From contig WBXG01000040.1 in assembly GCA_008932965.1 (NCBI GenBank), positions 1 through 14,553 on the forward strand: 14,553 nucleotides of DNA, written 5' to 3'. A program made the position numbers and the translations under genes. Source of the DNA: Verrucomicrobiota bacterium (GTDB lineage Bacteria; Verrucomicrobiota; Verrucomicrobiia; Chthoniobacterales; UBA6821). Below, one piece after another: positions 8,800 through 14,553 of the stretch. Under the pieces are notes generated by a model. The model had not been told where the DNA came from. It ran no database searches and saw only the letters and a list, made by a program, of their open reading frames with translations. Each line of letters opens with the position of its first letter. Positions within the stretch are counted from its first letter, which is position 1.

Positions 8800-10326
8800 A
8801 TGATTCTTACTGTTTCCCAAATGCAGGAGGTAGAGCGCGAAGCTTTCCAACGAGGTGTTGAACCCGCGATTCTTATGGAGGAAGCAGGGGAGGGAATTGC
8901 ACGTATTGTTCAGCAATTTTTTCCAGTGCCAGGAGTTGCCGTTGCCTATTGTGGTAAAGGAAATAATGCAGGGGATGCTCTTGTTGCTGCTCGTATGTTA
9001 GCCCATGAGGGTTGGAAAATTGGGGTACGACTGACCTTTCCCAAAAATGAAATGGCACTGCTCTCGAGGGCCCATCTTCAAGAGCTCGAGGAACATGATG
9101 GAGTCTCTATTTTGGAAAAAATACCTAAGGAGACTTCAGGCACTCTTGTTCTTTTAGATGGCCTTCTAGGGATCGGTGCTTCAGGAAATCCACGTGATTC
9201 TCTGAAAGATGCGATTGAAGAAATAAATTTTTTACGGTCCCATCATAGTGCCTTTGTTGTGGCTATTGATCTTCCTTCTGGGCTAGATGGTACTACTGGG
9301 AAGCCGTTTCCATGCTGTGTGGAGGCTGATTTAACCGCAACGATTGCTTTTGCTAAAGAAGGACTTGTCGCTGATACCGCTACGAACGTGGTGGGTAGAA
9401 TTGCCGTGGTTCCCCTATCCGGGTTAACCCGTATATTTCATACTCATCACCTGCAGAAGCCCGGGAGCCGTAGGGAAGGTGCGTCATTGATTCTCCCAGA
9501 GGCTTTGAGAAAGGTGCTTCCGAAACGTGCATTCGATGTTCATAAGGGTCTTTTTGGTCATGTAGGAATTCTTGCTGGCTCACCAGGCTTTCTAGGAGCA
9601 GCACGCCTTGCCTCTGCTGCTGCCCTTCGTGCCGGGGCAGGTCTTGTTACCCTTTATGCATTGCCCGAAACCTATGACATGCTTGCGGTCTCGACCTCTC
9701 CAGAAGTGATGGTCAAACCAATTAAAAATTATCTCGATCTTTTTGAAGAGCCTTTGGATGCTCTTGGGATTGGCCCTGGGCTTGGTTCTAAATATTCTCA
9801 TGAAATTGGTGAGATTATTGAAAAATTACCAATACCCTCTGTTATTGATGCCGATGCTCTTAATGCTTTGGTTCAAGAAAAATTACGATTATTAAAGTGT
9901 CACTATCCTCGCCTTCTCACCCCTCATCCAGGCGAGATGGAACGACTCTTTTCCGCAGAGGGTCGCTCACGTTCCGCATGGGCAAAGGATTTTGTCGATC
10001 ACTATCGTGTGACGCTGCTTCTTAAAGGGGCCCGTACTCTGATCGCTGAATATGCTCAGCCTCTTCTCTTCAATACGACTGGCAACCCTGGCATGGGAAG
10101 TGGTGGCATGGGGGATGTTTTAACAGGAGTTACTACTGCATTTTTAGCATCAGGTCATTCTTGTCGGAATGCAGCTCAGCTTGGAGCTTGGCTCTGCGGC
10201 AGAAGCGCAGAAATTGCAGTTTATGATTCGGGGAACTCCCCTGAATCTTTGGTTTCCAGCGATGTGATCGCCCATCTCGGGATGGCTTTTCACTCGATGA
10301 GGGTTGGTGAGTTCAGGGCTAACTAG
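8800..10326 (+). CDS. nnr: Bifunctional NAD(P)H-hydrate repair enzyme Nnr (N-terminal NAD(P)HX epimerase plus C-terminal ADP-dependent dehydratase; YjeF family)
   Basis: The N-domain shows CGKGNNAGDALVAAR. The C-domain shows HKG..G.V.ILAGS.GF.GAA.LA..AALRAGAGLV, LTPHPGE, KGA.T and GNPGM.SGGMGDVLTG. I chose ATG 8800 (MILTVSQMQEVE) as the start. The track ORF begins at a TTG at 8725, which adds 25 non-homologous residues. Confidence 0.92.
   Translation: MILTVSQMQEVEREAFQRGVEPAILMEEAGEGIARIVQQFFPVPGVAVAYCGKGNNAGDALVAARMLAHEGWKIGVRLTFPKNEMALLSRAHLQELEEHDGVSILEKIPKETSGTLVLLDGLLGIGASGNPRDSLKDAIEEINFLRSHHSAFVVAIDLPSGLDGTTGKPFPCCVEADLTATIAFAKEGLVADTATNVVGRIAVVPLSGLTRIFHTHHLQKPGSRREGASLILPEALRKVLPKRAFDVHKGLFGHVGILAGSPGFLGAARLASAAALRAGAGLVTLYALPETYDMLAVSTSPEVMVKPIKNYLDLFEEPLDALGIGPGLGSKYSHEIGEIIEKLPIPSVIDADALNALVQEKLRLLKCHYPRLLTPHPGEMERLFSAEGRSRSAWAKDFVDHYRVTLLLKGARTLIAEYAQPLLFNTTGNPGMGSGGMGDVLTGVTTAFLASGHSCRNAAQLGAWLCGRSAEIAVYDSGNSPESLVSSDVIAHLGMAFHSMRVGEFRAN
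9416..9500 (+). repeat. Fragment of the MITE-like element embedded in frame in the nnr interdomain linker
   Basis: The segment 9428-9467, cccgtatatttcatactcatcacctgcagaagcccgggag, aligns with the copy B 5' arm cccagatgtttgataccgatcacctgcggaagccgggaag. Weaker similarity continues to about 9500. It is preceded by TTAA (9424-9427) and by tatccggg (9416-9423), which equals the element's 3' terminus. The segment is translated as GLTRIFHTHHLQKPGSRREG. Confidence 0.65.
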
Positions 10327-10504
10327 CCCCTATATTTCATATCAATCTACTGCGGAGTTCGGGAAGCAAGGGTGGATGTTTCGCCCAAGCTCGAAGTCTT
10401 CCTCGGGCAGTATGTACTCATACAGCCGTCGCAAGACTTCATCGCTCCCCTTACCCCATCAGCCTTCGCGGCCTCCTCGTCACGGTCAGTATAAAATATC
10501 CGGG
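10327..10504 (+). mobile_element. MITE-like palindromic element, copy D (subfamily I)
   Basis: The 5' end is cccctatatttcatatc and the 3' end is gtataaaatatccggg. CTAG flanks both sides (10323-10326 and 10505-10508), and the left CTAG contains the nnr TAG stop codon. The central hairpin is ggcagtatgtactcatacagcc (10406-10427). Confidence 0.9.
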
Positions 10505-10570
10505 CTAGCTATTTTTTTTTAAAAAGACATTGCGAATTGAGGTCTTGATCGCTACAAATGACCTCCTCTT

Positions 10571-10641
10571 TGTCCTGTGGTGTAATGGTAACACAGTGCC
10601 CTTTGGAGGCATTATTCATGGTTCGAGTCCATGCGGGACAG
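10571..10641 (+). tRNA. tRNA-Gln (anticodon UUG)
   Basis: A manual cloverleaf fits. The acceptor stem is TGTCCTG/CGGGACA with discriminator G. The D arm is GTGT-AATGGTA-ACAC. The anticodon arm is GTGCC-CTTTGGA-GGCAT, with U33 and anticodon TTG. The variable loop is TATT and the T arm is CATGG-TTCGAGT-CCATG. CCA is not encoded. Confidence 0.93.
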
Positions 10642-10857
10642 TGTTTTTAGAAAGTCACTTGAATCGTTTCACAAGAATATTTCCTAGTCAGTTCAGTCGT
10701 ACGATCCCACTGAGTATCTCCTTTAGGAATAGGATGGAGTCTCCGCTTGTTCATCCATTGTGCATGAGCATATTCTTTATTGTGCTTGGGAGGCTCACAA
10801 TTTTTTTCTGAGGTGAACCTCGATTTATAATTTACAAACTATTGCTGTCGCTTCCTG

Positions 10858-12192
10858 ATGCAACTTTCAGCCGGACTCTCTCAACAACAATTTCTCTCTG
10901 TGCAGATGCAGCAAGGTCTCGAGCTTTTACAGGCTCCTGCAATGGAGCTCCGGGGTTTGATTGCTGCTGAACTTGTCGCTAATCCAGTGTTAGAGGAGGA
11001 ATTTTTTTTAGAACCGACTGTTTCAGAGAAAAATGAGACTGCTGCTTCTAATGAAGAACTCTCTTGGAGAGAATCAGAGGCACGAGGAAATCAGGATGAG
11101 CAACGGCAGCGATTTCTAGAATCACGTCCCTCTAACACAACACTTGCCGAGACGATTGAGGCTCAAACAGCATCATTCCTAGCGGAAGATCAACCCATCA
11201 TTCAAGCGATCGCTGGTAATTTGGATGCATGGGGATATTTGCGGGTCAGTTGTGCAGAGATCGCTGTATCATTGAGTCTCTCAGAGCAACACGTCGAAGA
11301 GGTTTTAGAAAAGATTCAACTACTCGATCCTCCTGGGGTAGCTGCGCGTGATCTTAAAGAATGTCTTTTAATTCAATTGCGCCATCAAGGACGCGAGAAT
11401 GGCTTGGCTAGCAGGATTGTAAGTCATTATCTACCGCAACTCGCACGGCACCATTATGAGGAAATTGCTAAAAATCTGCGCCTTCCTCTCTCCGAGGTTC
11501 TCAAAGAAGTAGCCATTATTACTGCATTAGAGCCACATCCAGGCCGTCCATACATAAAATCTGAGGAACAGACTGTGATTCCAGATTTGATTGTGATGGA
11601 GGAGGAGGGGGTATTTTTAGTCCGTTTTAATGAGGAAGGGCAGCCTCGAATGAAGATTAGTGATTATTATAAAGAGATGTTGTCATCGCAATCGGAGAAT
11701 CAAGAGCTGCGTCACTACCTGCAGGAAAAAATTCGGCTTGGAAAATCTTTTATTCATCATGTGGAGCAACGTCAATCTACCCTAATGGCTGTGGGACGTG
11801 ACATTGTTCGTCGACAAGAAGATTTTTTTAAATATGGAACCTACGGCCTCCATCCCATGACCATGGCGCAAGTTGCCCAAACCCTCGGAGTGCATGTGAC
11901 CACTATCAGCCGTGCTGTTGCAGGAAAGACGATGGATACTCCACGAGGTCTGTATTCATTAAAATATTTTTTTACTGCAGGTATTGAGCAAGAAAATGGG
12001 GCTCATGTCAGCAATGAGATGGTCAAGTCGTCATTAAAAAAAATGATTCAAGAGGAGCAAAAACAGAAACCTTGGAGTGATCAGAAAATTGTAGCTCGTT
12101 TTCAAGAGCTGGGGATTCATATAGCCCGCCGTACTATTGCCCATTACCGAGAGCAGCTTGGGATATTACCAGCGCATTTAAGAAAAAAATAG
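10858..12192 (+). CDS. rpoN: RNA polymerase sigma-54 factor RpoN
   Basis: Region I is Gln/Leu-rich (LSQQQFLSVQMQQGLELLQAPAMEL). An acidic region II follows. The C-terminus has the HTH (MTMAQVAQTLGVHVTTISRAV) and the RpoN box ARRTIAHYRE. Confidence 0.96.
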   Translation: MQLSAGLSQQQFLSVQMQQGLELLQAPAMELRGLIAAELVANPVLEEEFFLEPTVSEKNETAASNEELSWRESEARGNQDEQRQRFLESRPSNTTLAETIEAQTASFLAEDQPIIQAIAGNLDAWGYLRVSCAEIAVSLSLSEQHVEEVLEKIQLLDPPGVAARDLKECLLIQLRHQGRENGLASRIVSHYLPQLARHHYEEIAKNLRLPLSEVLKEVAIITALEPHPGRPYIKSEEQTVIPDLIVMEEEGVFLVRFNEEGQPRMKISDYYKEMLSSQSENQELRHYLQEKIRLGKSFIHHVEQRQSTLMAVGRDIVRRQEDFFKYGTYGLHPMTMAQVAQTLGVHVTTISRAVAGKTMDTPRGLYSLKYFFTAGIEQENGAHVSNEMVKSSLKKMIQEEQKQKPWSDQKIVARFQELGIHIARRTIAHYREQLGILPAHLRKK

Positions 12193-12240
12193 AGGTTTGT
12201 TTCTGGTTTTTTAGGATTATCCAATTTACATACCTCGTGA

Positions 12241-12264
12241 CTTTAGAAATACTTCTAAAGCTTT
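12241..12264 (+). terminator. Weak hairpin downstream of rpoN (possible intrinsic terminator)
   Basis: The perfect 8-bp stem ctttagaa/ttctaaag has a 4-nt loop (12241-12260) and is followed by cttt. The stem is AT-rich and the U-tract short, so terminator function is doubtful. MITE copy E begins immediately after it. Confidence 0.3.
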
Positions 12265-12266
12265 AA

Positions 12267-12444
12267 CCCGCATATTTCATACCGATTCTGCTGCGGCTTG
12301 CGAACACCTGATGGATACTGCGTCAGTCTCGAATTGCTCCTCGGACAGTATGAAACATACAGCCCGGCATCCCAATCCTTCGCCCGCCTTGTACTAGTGA
12401 GCTTAGCACGCCGCCTCAGGACACTTCATGATGAAATATCCGTG
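12267..12444 (+). mobile_element. MITE-like palindromic element, copy E (subfamily II)
   Basis: The 5' end is cccgcatatttcatacc and the 3' end is catgatgaaatatccgtg. The flanks are TTAA (12263-12266) on the left and TCAA (12445-12448) on the right. The block 12356-12418 is 61/63 identical to copy C. The element ends 19 nt before the SulP start codon. Confidence 0.9.
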
Positions 12445-12463
12445 TCAATCATTTGTCTCTACT

Positions 12464-14553
12464 ATGATGAACCCACAAGTAAAAAATACCTGCCAACCTC
12501 AAATAACAAGTAACACCTCAAGCAGCTTCATTGCTGGAATTGTTGTTTTCTTAGTGGCTCTTCCTCTCTCTCTGGGTATAGCACTGACTTCTGGAGCTCC
12601 TCTTTTTTCGGGAATTTTAGGGGGTATTGTGGGTGGTCTTGTTGTGGGAGTTTTAAGTGGTTCTTCCGTCAGTGTGAGTGGCCCTTCAGCAGCTCTTGCT
12701 GCCATTGTTCTTCAACAGATCGCAGAGCTCCATTCTTTTGAGGCTTTCTTGCTGGCACTTGTGCTAGCAGGATTTTTTCAAGTGATTTTAGGACTCTGTC
12801 GCAGTGGCTTTATAGCAGAGTTTTTCCCATCCAGTGTTATTAAAGGACTCCTTGCTGCCACAGGAATTCTCATTGTGCTTAAGCAAATTCCTCATCTTGT
12901 CGGTTACGATCCGGTTCCTTTTGGAGATGCTGATTTTTTGGAGTATGATGGATCCAATACCTTTAGTGAAATCAGCTCCTCCTTTTTTCATGTGCAAGTG
13001 GGAGCTTTTTTCATAGGCATACTCTCTCTATTTTTTTTAGTCCTCTCGGAAAGGATGAAGTTTTTAAAAAAAGGATTGATTCCAGCGCCGCTGATCGTCG
13101 TTCTAGTTGCTGTTGGAATAAGCTTTATGCTACGCAAGATAGGGTCAGCTTGGTCTATTAGCCCTTCACATCTTGTTCAAGTTCCTCAAGTAGTTGATAT
13201 TTCCTCATTCCTAGGAGCATTGAAGTTCCCTGACTTCAAACAGATTTTTTCTCCTAGCATCTACGTTGCTGCAGCAATTCTTGCTGCGAGTGCTAGTTTA
13301 GAAACATTATTAAATTTAGAAGCAGCTGATAAAATTGATCCTGAGCAACGATTGAGTCCCCCTAACCGGGAGCTTCTTGCACAAGGTTTCGGTAACATGA
13401 TTTTGGGTCTTGTAGGTGGAATACCTATTACAAGCGCCATTGTCCGGAGTAGTGCTAATATCAATGCTGGGGGTCGAACACGTCTCTCTACCATTGTGCA
13501 TGGAGCATTACTTTTAGGATGTGTGACACTCCTTCCTCGATGGCTTAATGAAATTCCTCTCTCGGCACTAGCTGCCATTTTAACGGTTGTAGGAGCAAGG
13601 CTAGCCAGACCTCAGCTTTTTATGTGCATCTGGAGAGAGGGAGTAAATCAATTTGTTCCTTTCATTATCACCATTGTAGCCATCATTTTTTCAAATCTAC
13701 TTTTTGGTATTTTAATCGGGCTAGGTGTTGGCTTGCTCTTTGTGCTTCATAGCAATTTGAGATTTCCAATGCATCAAATTCTGGAGCGACATGCTGCTGG
13801 AGAGGTCTTACGACTTGAGTTAGGAAGCCAGGTAAGCTTTATAAATAAACCCTTTCTCGTTAAGGCCCTCGATGAGGTAGCTCGAGGAAGCCAACTTCTT
13901 ATTGATGCTCATGCTACCGATTATATTGATCCAGATATTTTGAGCATTATTCAAGATTATGTGGACCAAAAGGCTAAGATTCGCAATATCACGGTCAGTC
14001 TTATCGGATTTAAAAAAGAATATCGATCGTTGAAGGATGATATTCGTTTTATTGATTATTCCACACGTGAGGTTCAATCGAGGCTCTTGCCTGCGGAGGT
14101 CGTCGATATTTTACGGAAAGGGAACCAACGTTTTTGTCAGGGAAGGCCCTTGCTTCGCAATTATCAACGACAGGTGGAGCAAACAAGTAAGGGACAGTAT
14201 CCAATGGGGGTTATTCTTAGCTGCATCGATAGTAGAGCTCCGGTAGAGATTATTTTTGATGCAGGTATTGGTGATCTTTTTAGTATTCGTATCGCAGGCA
14301 ATGCGGCTCATGAGAAAGAACTCGCAAGCATGGAGTATGCGTGTCTTGTAGCTGGAGCAAAATTAATTCTCGTCTTGGGACATTCCTCCTGTGGGGCAGT
14401 GAGTGCTGCTGTTGATTTTTTCCATTGCGAGGTTCCCATTGATCAAGCAACAGGATGCGATCATCTTGAAGTGCTCCTTCAAGGAATCCAAAAATCGATT
14501 GATCCTGCTACCTTCTCCTCCGAACAACTCAAATCAGGGGAGTATAGAAAAAC
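12464..14553 (+). CDS. SulP-family anion transporter fused to a STAS domain and a C-terminal beta-carbonic anhydrase (3' end runs off the window)
   Basis: I translated this frame by hand and found no stop from 12407 to the window end, which is why it is missing from the ORF track. SulP-like TM segments include AGIVVFLVALPLSLGIALTSGAP, GGIPITSAIVRSSANINAGGRTRLS and others. A STAS-like segment spans about 13800-14010. Beta-CA motifs are SCIDSR (14219-14236) and GHSSCGA (14378-14398). The start is uncertain: ATGs at 12464 and 12467 are preferred, and in-frame ATGs at 12428 and 12431 lie inside MITE copy E. Confidence 0.9.
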   Translation, partial: MMNPQVKNTCQPQITSNTSSSFIAGIVVFLVALPLSLGIALTSGAPLFSGILGGIVGGLVVGVLSGSSVSVSGPSAALAAIVLQQIAELHSFEAFLLALVLAGFFQVILGLCRSGFIAEFFPSSVIKGLLAATGILIVLKQIPHLVGYDPVPFGDADFLEYDGSNTFSEISSSFFHVQVGAFFIGILSLFFLVLSERMKFLKKGLIPAPLIVVLVAVGISFMLRKIGSAWSISPSHLVQVPQVVDISSFLGALKFPDFKQIFSPSIYVAAAILAASASLETLLNLEAADKIDPEQRLSPPNRELLAQGFGNMILGLVGGIPITSAIVRSSANINAGGRTRLSTIVHGALLLGCVTLLPRWLNEIPLSALAAILTVVGARLARPQLFMCIWREGVNQFVPFIITIVAIIFSNLLFGILIGLGVGLLFVLHSNLRFPMHQILERHAAGEVLRLELGSQVSFINKPFLVKALDEVARGSQLLIDAHATDYIDPDILSIIQDYVDQKAKIRNITVSLIGFKKEYRSLKDDIRFIDYSTREVQSRLLPAEVVDILRKGNQRFCQGRPLLRNYQRQVEQTSKGQYPMGVILSCIDSRAPVEIIFDAGIGDLFSIRIAGNAAHEKELASMEYACLVAGAKLILVLGHSSCGAVSAAVDFFHCEVPIDQATGCDHLEVLLQGIQKSIDPATFSSEQLKSGEYRK

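Noticed and set aside
10530-10811. A 93-aa ORF between MITE copy D and rpoN
   Set aside because: It overlaps the well-formed tRNA-Gln gene (10571-10641), so it is spurious.
12499-13578. Minus-strand ORFs within the SulP gene (12499-12705, 12788-12997, 13261-13578, 13316-13501) and further small ORFs on both strands at 13820-14311
   Set aside because: They lie antisense or out of frame within a continuous, motif-supported SulP-STAS-CA reading frame, and their translations are low-complexity.

Overview
This 14.5-kb chromosomal window is moderately AT-rich and carries mostly housekeeping genes. They are thiC, a zinc-type alcohol dehydrogenase, rplM-rpsI, uppP, the bifunctional NAD(P)HX repair gene nnr, tRNA-Gln(UUG), rpoN (sigma-54) and a 3'-truncated SulP-STAS-beta-carbonic-anhydrase fusion. 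There is also one 704-aa ORFan and one 133-aa hypothetical gene. None of the ten start codons has a recognisable Shine-Dalgarno motif. The taxon cannot be determined by eye; a PVC/Chlamydiae-like origin is only a guess. The standout is a family of imperfectly palindromic, MITE-like elements that I cannot assign to any named family. Four copies are about 180 bp and one composite copy is 266 bp. Their cores lie at 1-266, 2534-2709, 8417-8599, 10327-10504 and 12267-12444, and a roughly 85-bp fragment sits in frame inside nnr (9416-9500). All copies share the terminal inverted repeat CCCGGATATTTCATAC...GTATGAAATATCCGGG and are flanked by the palindromic tetranucleotides CTAG or TTAA. All lie in the same orientation and sit within about 20 nt of stop or start codons. 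They split into two subfamilies that share termini but differ in their 3' arms. Secondary observations are a near-perfect sigma-54 -24/-12 motif inside uppP, a partial THI-box-like thiC leader squeezed against one element, and a 21-bp palindrome upstream of nnr. All identity estimates are by eye, and no database search or folding computation was possible.
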